Source: Chitinophagales bacterium (GTDB taxonomy: Bacteria; Bacteroidota; Bacteroidia; Chitinophagales; JAUHXS01). From it: a stretch of 64,000 nucleotides of DNA. The position numbers and the translations under genes were made by a program. Below, one piece after another: positions 27,837 to 37,141 of this stretch; the stretch's first letter is position 1; each line of letters starts with the position of its first letter. The stretch covers positions 2,372 through 66,371 of the forward strand of contig CBDBZN010000003.1 of assembly GCA_965213575.1 (NCBI GenBank), in the 5' to 3' direction. The notes under the pieces were generated by a model. It was not told the DNA's origin and did not search any database. It was given only the letters and a program-made list of their open reading frames with translations.

Positions 27837-29261
27837 TTATTCTTCCGTGATTTCTTTTAAGTATTTTCTCATTTGTTCAATTGAAGACTCTAAACTCTTG
27901 TATTCAGCCACTCCGTTATCTGCTCGATGGTGTATTTGATTTCTTATGAAAGTATGAATAGTAACCTCATTCTGACGCCCCATCCAAGGTGAATCTTTTG
28001 GTTTACCTTTTTCAGTCTGAAAAAAAGAAATATCAAAGTCTTTTATTTTATTAGTTGTTGCTTTCAACTGCATAAGTCTTTCATAGAGTTCATTGTGATA
28101 TTCTTCCGAAGCAAGTTTGAAAGCAATAAAATTAACTTCATTTGAAGACACATAAGGCAATAAAGCTAATTCAGGATTTGTAACCGATACAGAATTTTCT
28201 GTTTTAATTAAGATTTTAATTTGAACATTGTTATTGCCCATAGCTTGCTTAATAAACAGCGGTGAATGAGTAGTTAAAATGATTTGAGAATCTTTGGAAA
28301 ACTCTAACAATAAATCAATAAAGTCAGATTGCAGCTTTGGGTGTAAATGAAGTTCAGGTTCATCAATCAAGACTATTAGTTTTTTATGTCCTTTCTTTGA
28401 AAGATAGTATGCGTAGATTAAGGAAAATATCATTTCATACCCTGAACCTAATTGATTGAGAGGTATAGACTGTAAATTCTCTTTGTCTGTTCCAAAAAAG
28501 GCATTTGCGAAAGGGTTCCAATTATCAATTAATTTAAGTTTTAATTGATTTCCAGTTATTTCTGAAAATTTATCAATTGCCTCCCTAATACCTCCAATTA
28601 CTCCTTTGCCTTCAATATTTTTAACCTCTTTTAAAGTATTATTGCAATCTAATGGATTATCTTTTTTTTGAATATATTGATAATTCAAATCCTCCATTAT
28701 CCTGTCAAAGCGAGTATTGTTATAAGTGCCTTTTCGTGTTTGATATGTTCTATTTTTGTCAAGAATTAAGTATTCAATATCATTAAACCTTGAGCCACTC
28801 CAAGGATTGTTGACAGATAATCTTAAATCAGGCGTGTTATCCTTTGGTCTTGTTTCGCCATCTGCCTTAATATACTGTTGGTCTGTTACAACCATTGAAG
28901 ACAAAAAGCCTTTGTTATCTCTATTTCTTCTTCCTCCTTTGAAGACAAAACCTTTGCCCTTAAATTCAATTTTAGGCATAGTTCCTTTGTAGGTATAAAC
29001 TTCATTCGTATGAATATTTATTTCAACTTTTTCGTTGGGGTTATTAATGTCAGATAAAGTAAAGGAATCTGTTTTATAGGAAACATAGGGCATTGCAAAA
29101 GCATCCAAAAGAGTCGATTTTCCACAACCATTTTCGCCAACAAAAACCGTCAATCCTGAACCATTATTGTGATTATCAGGAACATTTAAATCATTAATCT
29201 CAAAGAACTCATCTGGTGAAAAGAGCTTATAATTTTTTATTTGGATGTTTTTTATAAACAT
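27837..29261 (-). CDS. ABC/SMC-type (AAA_15/AAA_21-like) ATPase with C-terminal HEPN-like R-x4-H domain; PrrC-like candidate
   Basis: Likely start is MFIKNIQIKNYKLF (ATG 29261..29259). Contains Walker A GENGCGKSTLLDA, signature-like LGSGYEM, Walker B LIVLIDEPELHLHP and H-loop TTHSP. A C-terminal region of ~130 aa carries FIRNQIHHRADNG. The ATPase call is solid; the C-terminal function is inference. Confidence 0.75.
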   Translation of the reverse strand: MFIKNIQIKNYKLFSPDEFFEINDLNVPDNHNNGSGLTVFVGENGCGKSTLLDAFAMPYVSYKTDSFTLSDINNPNEKVEINIHTNEVYTYKGTMPKIEFKGKGFVFKGGRRNRDNKGFLSSMVVTDQQYIKADGETRPKDNTPDLRLSVNNPWSGSRFNDIEYLILDKNRTYQTRKGTYNNTRFDRIMEDLNYQYIQKKDNPLDCNNTLKEVKNIEGKGVIGGIREAIDKFSEITGNQLKLKLIDNWNPFANAFFGTDKENLQSIPLNQLGSGYEMIFSLIYAYYLSKKGHKKLIVLIDEPELHLHPKLQSDFIDLLLEFSKDSQIILTTHSPLFIKQAMGNNNVQIKILIKTENSVSVTNPELALLPYVSSNEVNFIAFKLASEEYHNELYERLMQLKATTNKIKDFDISFFQTEKGKPKDSPWMGRQNEVTIHTFIRNQIHHRADNGVAEYKSLESSIEQMRKYLKEITEE

Positions 29262-29289
29262 AATCTTAGCTTTCGAATGTTTCAACTTT

Positions 29290-29515
29290 CATACTCTCCA
29301 CAACCATTTCATCAGTACAGGGCAAAGTGGTTTAATGCTTTTCTTTAGCTGCTCGTTGATGCGTTACGGGTTTCTAATGTGTGGTAAATGGTTACTATGG
29401 CTTCTTGTTTTTCTATGGTCGGAATGGGCAATTTTAACCTGCACATATTTCAAAATCGAAAAATTCGTGTGCACTTCTTCTGAAAGTGTATTTATTCGCT
29501 CTAAAAGTTTTGACA
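29290..29515 (-). pseudogene. hsdS 3' remnant (end of a TRD plus C-terminal conserved region), frameshifted
   Basis: The translation ...VKLPIPTIEKQEAIVTIYHTLETR... parallels the intact hsdS C-terminus ...VKLPIPDIKIQEAIVTIYHTLEARKRINEQLKESIKPLCPVLMKG. Nucleotide similarity to 38925..39090 is visible by eye, and the frame is lost after TR. Confidence 0.6.
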
Positions 29516-29519
29516 TTTC

Positions 29520-32500
29520 TTAAATCTCAATTTTATCAATCTCTTTCATCAGTCTATCCGTTTCTGAAAGTGCTACAATGATTTTTTGATAATGCAGAAT
29601 GTCGTCAAACTCCAATTTGCGGTCTTTTCGGTCTTTGAGCCATTTTTGGGCAGGTTGATAACCACCAATGTAAAACTCCCAAGCGACTTGAGGGACATTG
29701 TCAAAATACTGCGTGTCGTTGATAAATACTTTACCGTCATTGTATTTGGGTTTGCCCACCACATTATCTCCGTCCGTTGGATATTGCGTAATGTATTGCT
29801 CAACGGTTGGACTTTCTAATAAATGAATTTGCCGTATTTCTCCGCCCATTTTTACCAAATGCCAAAAAGTGTCTTTGTCTTTGGGATAAGGAACTCTCGG
29901 AAAATCAATTTTTAAAAATTCGTTATATGTCTCTCGGTATGTTGGCGAATGCAAAACTGCATAGATGTAATCTAAAATGTCAATTGGGGCAAAAGTATTT
30001 ACTGTTGTTTCTTTTTCGTTAGTAAAAGTTAAATCTAATTTCTCCGCAATTCGTTTTACAATTTCTTTATTTAAGTTAGGAACTCTTTCAGTAGTCGGTT
30101 CAATGGTTTGTTGTCCATTACTTTCTGGGTATAAGTAGAGTGGAAAAAGGCAACCTGTGCCAAATAATTTAGCACTTGCTGTAAAGTTTCCCTCAATTAT
30201 TTTGTCTGTAATAAAGTTATGTCTATAATCTTGTGTTGTTTGTCTTGGAATAATTAATCCAATATTAGGTTGAAGTAAATGTTGCATAACTTCAAATCTC
30301 GAACGACCAATAAAACCGCCCGAATTTTTAGTAATTATTGTTTCTTTTACATCAAAAGGTCTGTAGTTAATTTTTACTTGTTTGAACGTATCATTTAAAA
30401 TACTCTCTTTGGCTCGTGCAAATGTCCAACCGCTTGAATCTTGTTTTTCCTTATACTTTGATTTTAAAAAATCAACAGTTTCAATCTCGAAATCATTTAT
30501 CACGGTTTGAAGTTTTTGATTGGAAAATTGAATAGCTAAAGCGTCACATTTAGTTTCTACGCCATTAGAGTTTGAATTTAAAACTTCATTTACTTTAAAT
30601 CCTTTTTCGTAATTTTTTATCAGTTCAAAATCTTTTGGAACGAAAAAGTAATATGGCTGAGAATAGACAAGCTTTTCCCATTTGATTTCAGAAATAGTTG
30701 AATTGTTAAGTGTTTCATATTTGTGATTCCTTTTTCCTTGCAAATCAAAATGATAAACTTCCCCTAATTCCGTTTTCTTCTTTTTATTTGTTTTTACAAA
30801 TATGTTAATTGAAACACCTTGCATAATATCAAACACATTTTGGTCAGGGCTTCCATCAGGGTAAACTTCTTTTTTCTTGGCATTTCCGTGTAAATCCAAG
30901 ATGTAAATTTTATCAAAACTCTCTAACAAGTGTTTCCGCATTTGCCTGTGAGTAATACCATCTAGGAAGCTGTTATTAGAAATGTAAGCCAAAACGCCAC
31001 TTCCATTTTTGTCGATATAATGTTGTCCGTAGCGAATGAATTTGATGTAATCATCATCCAAATTGATTTTTCGTTCATTGAGCTTTTTCTTGTAGTCAGA
31101 AATTAAATTTTGAATTCAATCATTCTTATTGGTACTGCTAACAGCATAAGGCGGATTTCCAATTACACACATTACAGGCGTGTCTCGTTTGATGTGGTTG
31201 GCTTCATTTGCTTCTGTGCTCAACCAATTGGCAAATAATGTTCCTGTGTCTTGGTGGTGCTCTTCTAAACTATTGGTAAGATATACTCGTAGACGTTGGC
31301 TCTTCTCTACTCCGCTCGAAGTAACAGATGGCTTAAATCCTGTATCGGTCAATAATAAATCTAACTTTAAATGTGCCATTGCATAACTCGCCATTAGCAA
31401 TTCAAATCCGTTCAAGCGTGGCAATAAATGAGTTTCTACATAATTGCTCCAAATACCTTGTTGTCCTTGGAATTTTTTGTGAATGTGCTTTACCACTTCG
31501 GCTAAGAAAGTTCCTGTTCCTGTGGCTGGATCCAAAATTTGTACTTTGTGTACTTCTTGCTCCATTTGTTTGTAACCTGTTGCCGAACGTTTGTCTGCGG
31601 TTTGGGTGTTTACTTTTATGGTTGTTTTGCTGGTGTCTGCAAGTCCTTGAGGTAAATCAAATTCCGTTTTTAGAATGTCGTCAACTGCCCGAACAATGAA
31701 GTTTACAACGGGTTGTGGTGTGTACCAAACGCCACGAGCTTTACGTAGCTTTGGGTCGTATTCGCTTAGGAACGTTTCATAAAAATGGATAATCGGGTCT
31801 TCCATTTTAGTGGCTTTCCCGTAGTTCTTCAAAATTTCTTCTACGTTACACGCTAAAAAGATTTCAGAAAGGTTCTCAACTACCCATTTAATTCGGTCGT
31901 CAATGTCTGGTCCTGCAATGTAGCCAAAGAGTTTACGTAAAAACGGATTTGATTTTGGAATCAGTTCAGCCGCTTCTTGCCTGTTAAAATTATCCAAAGT
32001 AGGATCGTGCAAACGAGCCGCAAACATTCCATAAGCAATGGTTTGAGCGTAAACATCCGCAAAACCTTGTGGCGTAATGTCGTGGATCAAAATTTGCTTA
32101 AAAGCCAACATTTGGTCTTTCAGCGTACTGTTTTCTTGGTTTTCTTCATCACTGGTCAACGACTTTTCGATGATATCAGAAAGAAGGCGTGCTTTGCCCG
32201 CCATCATTTCTGCTAATTTTTTTGAGCTTTTTATCGTTTGTCCAACGTGAACGCAAAAGTCTAGGATTAGGTTTTCAAAGTTGCCAAAGTTCTCAGGTAA
32301 AGGTTTTATTCCCTTATCTGTTATTTCTGCAATGGCAATTTTGGTAACAAATTCGCCTTCTCTGTACAGATGAAAGTTAATGTAGTCGGTAAAAACCAAA
32401 TTATTTAGAGAAGCTTTGTATCGATCGAACTGCTCTTTGTTTCCTGTTTTCTTTGTGCCGTCAAGGTCTTTGTCGCCAATGTCTTTGGCTTCAATAAATC

Positions 32501-32693
32501 CAACAGGAATATCTTTTTTAGTCAAAATGTAGTCAGGTGCTCCACAACTTTGTCTTTTCGGTTCGTTGGTTGCTCTGATTGTCGGCACCAAACTTTCCAA
32601 GAGTTGCTGTAAGTCGCCACGGAAAGTATGTTCGGTTGCGTTTCCGAGTCTATACCTTTTGTCTAAGTTGTCAATATATTGTTCTAATGTCAT
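29520..32693 (-). pseudogene. Type IIG (fused endonuclease-methyltransferase-TRD, MmeI/Eco57I-like) R-M enzyme interrupted by a single in-frame TGA
   Basis: ORFs 31116..32693 and 29520..31061 are in the same frame, separated only by TGA (31116..31118) and 18 sense codons. N-terminal PD-(D/E)xK is GAPDY..GFIEAKD. MTase motifs are GVWYTPQPVVNFIV, ILDPATGTGTFL and GNPPY. The reading through the stop is ...NPPYAVSSTNKND*IQNLISDYKKK.... Confidence 0.8.
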
Positions 32694-32700
32694 TTATTCA

Positions 32701-32915
32701 TTCAATTTCTGTCAGAGCGTTGGCATTGCGTGTCGGAAAAAACCAAATGTGCTGTTTGTGCGGTTGGTTTTTTTGTATGTTGGCCAACGTAGAAATGAAA
32801 ACAATTGTTTTTCCATATATATAGCTATTTATTTAACTACTATAAATGTAATAATATTCAAGTCTTTGTACAAATTAAAGTTAAACTGACATCTTCAATT
32901 TTCCATTAATTCAAA
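32701..32915. repeat. Direct repeat X, copy 1 (5' leader/promoter region of the type IIG gene)
   Basis: Shares a near-identical core with 42108..42274 and a second block (32878..32915 vs 42373..42410). Copy 2 has an extra ~98 bp between the blocks. Confidence 0.8.
32843..32873 (-). promoter_or_regulatory. Candidate Bacteroidota-type promoter (TTG-N20-TAcaTTTA) for the type IIG gene
   Basis: The minus strand reads TTGtacaaagacttgaatattatTACATTTAtag, matching the -33 TTG / -7 TAnnTTTG architecture. The same element is conserved upstream of hsdM. Confidence 0.3.
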
Positions 32916-33130
32916 TTTATCTAAAAGTCTCTGTTCCTGTATTATACAATCGGCTTATTATAAATAAAACGGCTCGGCCACTGCTCCGTAATATAAGTGA
33001 TGAAAATTATCGGATTTTATAACATGTAGACTAAAAGAGCGAGAAGTATATTATAATCAAGCCACTAAAATAATAAATGCAGATATGATGACAGGTAAAG
33101 AGTTAAAAAAGAGTTTATAAAACTGATTAA
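32915..33130 (+). pseudogene. Degenerate duplicate of the aroK 3' end (last ~72 codons)
   Basis: Aligns to 26964..27179 but carries several indels and substitutions (for example gatgaaaattatcggattttataacatgtagac vs gatgaaaatttatcggattatataacatttaaac). These destroy the frame, and there is no 5' part. Confidence 0.75.
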
Positions 33131-33262
33131 AAAGGCAAATAGCTAGAAGAGAAATTATATACTATATTGATGTTTGGTATAATTTAAAAGGACACATCTT
33201 CTTTGGGTTATTTGAGCTCTGTAGAATTTATAAAGAAAAATCAATTAGATAATGTGGTTTGA
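33131..33262 (+). mobile_element. 3'-terminal remnant of IS3-family-type transposase gene (copy B)
   Basis: Same sequence as 27180..27312 with one additional 1-nt deletion. Confidence 0.4.
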
Positions 33263-33462
33263 ACCCTTCCCTTCATTTTTAAACCATCCTTTATGTGAGG
33301 TTCTGTAATATCGAAATGTAGAATATGGTTTGAAGAATCTAGTGGATCTTCTGCAATTTTTGGCTTGAGTGTTGGCTTGTGCGAAATGAGAAACATTCAT
33401 GAACACCAAAACAAAAATTAAACCTGAGTAATTGCAAATGTGTATGGCTTTTAGCGTAGGCA

Positions 33463-36400
33463 TTATTTCGTTATTACTCTGTTTTTCTTAAAATTCTCTG
33501 CTTGTTCAAATATGTCTTTGTATACTTCGTCTCTTTCTACTGGCGGATAACCGTGTTCGTCTAAGAGGATTATTAGTCCGACTTTTAAAGCGGATTTTAT
33601 GTCTTCTCGTTTGCTCCAATCTGGATATTTGGCTTGTGAGTCCACCAAGTCTTTCACCGCCTGGGCTAAAACAATTAGTTTGTCTTCGGGATATTTGAAG
33701 TCATACTTTATACACAGGTCTTTCAAAATGTCGTAAAAGGCTTTTTCTTCAAAGTCAATTCCTAATTCGTCTCCTGCTGAAAATTCCTTTTGAACTTCCC
33801 AAATCAAATTGGTCAAATGCTCTGCCATTTCTTCGTACACTTCGCTTCGTAAAATATCATCTTCTTTTCGTTCGTTGTAGCGTTCAACCAAGGTTTGCAT
33901 TTTCTTGGAAAAGTCAATTCCTTTTACTTTATTGACTTTTTTAATCTCTCCAATGGCTTTGGCTAAAAGCTGTTGGAGCAATTTTATTTTAGTGTGCGGC
34001 AACTTGATTTTATCAATCTTTGCCAAATAGTCTTCTGAAAAAAGGTCTTGCTCGCTTTGGCTTTCATCTCCAAGTTTGAAAATTTCTTGTACGCCATCAC
34101 TTTCCAAAGCGTATTTTATCATTTCCCGAACTTTGGCATTCATTTGTGCCGTGTCGGGTGCAGTGCCTTTGGTTAGTTTAAAAACGATTGACCGAACCGC
34201 TAAATAGAAATGGGTGTAATCTCTTTCTTTCTGCGCTAAACGTTCACTTCCTGCACAAATATCATAAGCGGCTTTCAGACGTTTTACCAAACCCATAAAT
34301 CGGGTTTCTAAATCTTTGGTCAACTGAACATATTCTGCAGCCATATTTAAAGAGTTCAACTGTTCTAAAGCTGCACCACCGAAATATTTTGAACTGTCGA
34401 ACTTATGGAAGACTTTAGCCAAAAGGTCTAAATGGTTTTTTACGACTATGAGCGATTCTTGAATGTCTTCAAAATTTTCTCTTTCTCCTTTGTTGTATTT
34501 GGCAAGAGCCATATTCATAGCCTTTTTGATGCCAATATAATCGACAACCAATCCTTTGTTTTTTCCTTCAAACTTTCGATTAACTCTCGAAATGGTCTGA
34601 ATTAAATTGTGTTGCTGAATAGGCTTGTCAATGTAGATTGAATCTAAGAACGGTACATCAAAACCAGTGAGCCACATATCAACCACAATGGCAATTTTGA
34701 AATTGGATTTTTCATTTTTAAACTGCCTGTCCAATTCTTTGCGGTATTCTTTAGTGCCGAGCAAATCGTACATTTCTTTGGGGGTCGTCTTTTCCTCTAG
34801 TCATTATCATTTTGATACGCTCCATTGGTTTAATTTCCCTTTTGTTGTTGTCCGTTAAAACAGCTCCTTCTTCAGCAATACGTAATTCTGCCCATTCAGG
34901 TCTTAAAGAGATTACATTTTTATAAAACACGTAGCTAATTTCACGGCTGCTGCAAACAAACATTGCTTTGCCTTTTACAGTTGCTCCTTCGTTTACTCTG
35001 TTTTCGTAATGCTGAACAAAGTCTTCTGCCAATTTCAGCAAACGGTCCGGGTCGCCTAAAATGGAGTTCATTGTTGCCGTTGCCTTTTTGCTTTCTTCTA
35101 TTTGGTATTCATTGGCTCCTGCTTCGGCTGCTTCTTCGTAGTATTTTTCAATTTTCTCTAATTCGCTATTGTGCAAGGCGACTTTAGCTGCTCTGCCTTC
35201 ATACACAATACGAACGGTGATTTCATCTCTTACCGATTCTGTCATTGTGTAGGCATCTACTACTTGGCCAAATACATCCAAAGTAGCATCAATGGGCGTC
35301 CCTGTGAAGCCTACAAAAGTGGCATTAGGTAAAGAATCGTGAAGATATTTTGCAAAACCATAGGTTTTCTTAACACCTTCGGAAGTAACCTTAACTTTTT
35401 GATCGAGATTGGTTTGGCTTCTATGGGCTTCATCCGAAATACAAATTACATTAGTTCTTTCCGTAAGCAGTTCGGTGTCTTCTGTAAACTTGTGAATGGT
35501 GGTCAAGAATACGCCACCGCTATTTCTGCCTTGCATTTTGGTGCGTAAATCGGCTCTGCTTTCTACACTTTCCACCGCATTGTCTCCAATGAATTGTTTG
35601 GCGTTGGTAAATTGTCCTGCCAATTGGTCGTCTAAATCGGTTCTATCGGTAATGAGTACAATGGTAGGACTTTCGAAATGCTTACTTTTCATCAACAAGC
35701 GGGTGAGATAAAGCATTGTAAAACTCTTGCCGCTTCCTGTTGCTCCAAAGTAAGTTCCGCCTTTTCCGTCTCCGTCTGGCTTCTCCGCTTTTTTAATGTT
35801 TTCGTACAAACTGCGAGCAGCGTAATACTGCGGATAGCGACAAACTATTTTCTCGTCTTTTTTGGACGAATCAGGAATGTAAATAAAGTTCTGAATAATA
35901 TCCCTCAAGCGGTTTTTATGCAACATTCCCTGAACCAAAGTGAACATACTGTCTATGCCGTCCACATCTTTTGCCAAACCTGCAATTCTTCGCCAAGCGT
36001 AGTAAAACTCGTAAGGGGCAAAGAATGAACCTGCCTTGTTGTTCACACCATCACTGATGATGCAAAAGGCATTGTATTTAAACAGTTCAGGAATGTCTCT
36101 TTTATAGCGAGTGGTCAGTTGAACAAAAGCATTGTGAATGGTGGTATTTTCCTGAATGGCTGTTTTAAATTCAAAAACCACCACAGGCAAACCATTGACG
36201 TATAATATGCCGTCCGGGATTCTCCTTTCGGTGCCAACAATTTCTATTTGGTTGACAAACTTATAAATATTTGTATCAGGCGGATATTGTTCCTCAGGCT
36301 CGGCAGCAATAATGTCTAAATTTTCACTTTGTCGCTGACGGTCTAAACCTGCATAATCAATGAGCGAAATATGAATGTCTTTTTGGTTGCGGTCTTCTCG

Positions 36401-36682
36401 TTTCAGAATAAAACCGTCCGCCAACCACCGCATTATTTTTTTGTTGCTTTCGTAAAGGTCTGTCGAAGAAAGTGTTTTGAGTTGCAGAATAATGGTTTGG
36501 GCTTCTATTTCAGTTAGATTGGCGTTTTGATAGCGATTGAGCAAATATGCTTTCAGGTCTTCTTCAATCAATACTTCATCTTCACTGATACGTACCAAAC
36601 TACTGCCCACAAAATGCGGATAACCTTCATTTCCTAAAAGCTCTGTAAATGCTTGCTCTAATTTTGCCTCCGTAAATTTCAT
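33463..36682 (-). pseudogene. hsdR: Type I restriction enzyme R subunit HsdR, split as assembled by a +1 frameshift in a G5/C5 run
   Basis: ORFs 34751..36682 (N-terminal nuclease and helicase: FGATGSGKSFTM, ISDEAHRSQ DEAH box) and 33463..34773 (helicase C and C-terminal helical domain). With four instead of five G at 34780..34784 the frame reads ...IMTRGKDDPKEMYDLLGTKEYRKELDRQF.... Confidence 0.9.
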
Positions 36683-37119
36683 CGTCTCGAACTATGATTT
36701 TTCTGATTTTCTGATGGACTTTGAATTCGTTTGGGTTTCATAACCCGTTTGAATTGAAGCGATGTATTTCCAAAATTGATTAATAAGCCGATTTCCATTC
36801 CATAGGCTTCAAGGTAGTTGATGGCCTGTGCCAAATGCACATCTTCCAATTCTTTTACCGCCTTGATTTCCAACATTATTTTATCCTCAATAAAAAAGTC
36901 AACCCTTCTTGTTCCTATATCAAAACCTTTGTATTGCAGAGGCATTTCTTGTTCCCTTACGTGGGTAATTCCCTGCATATTTAATTCAATAGACAGAGCT
37001 CTTTGATAAACAACTTCCTGAAAACCATTTCCTAAATATTTGTGCAATTCCATAGCACAGCCAATAATTTTGCCCGTTAATTCGGAATACTTATACTTTT
37101 CATCAATCATAGTTTTCAT
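36679..37119 (-). CDS. GxxExxY-family protein (PD-(D/E)xK fold), paralogue 1
   Basis: 146-aa ORF. Contains GNGFQEVVY (the GxxExxY signature) and RRVDFFIEDKIMLEIKA (D...ExK nuclease-like motif). Its stop overlaps the hsdR start (ATGA). Confidence 0.8.
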   Translation of the reverse strand: MKTMIDEKYKYSELTGKIIGCAMELHKYLGNGFQEVVYQRALSIELNMQGITHVREQEMPLQYKGFDIGTRRVDFFIEDKIMLEIKAVKELEDVHLAQAINYLEAYGMEIGLLINFGNTSLQFKRVMKPKRIQSPSENQKNHSSRR

Positions 37120-37141
37120 TAAATCATTTCAAAATCATAGT

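Larger units (their letters stand above)
32915..33551. repeat. Direct repeat Y, copy B
   Basis: See copy A (26964..27599). It starts exactly where repeat X copy 1 ends. Confidence 0.85.

Noticed and set aside
31116-31118. TGA inside the type IIG gene as a recoded Trp (code 4) or selenocysteine codon
   Set aside because: TGA clearly terminates other genes in this window (for example 802..1878, hsdM at 40497..40499 and hsdS at 38898..38900). No SECIS-like hairpin is evident just downstream, and Cys or Sec is not expected at this position.
32730-32830. 33-codon leader peptide on the minus strand of repeat X copy 1 (MEKQLFSFLRWPTYKKTNRTNSTFGFFRHAMPTL)
   Set aside because: In copy 2 (42108..42274) the equivalent ATG is followed two codons later by TAA, so the ORF is not conserved although the nucleotides are. 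The plus-strand track ORFs 32566..32889 and 41893..42285 share VGKNQMCCLCGW only because of this DNA repeat, and they start antisense inside the R-M genes.
33245-33463. 72-aa ORF between the IS remnant and the hsdR stop (also present in the copy A region)
   Set aside because: It lies in the duplicated noncoding spacer. Copy A has frame-disrupting differences in the same stretch, and there are no motifs.
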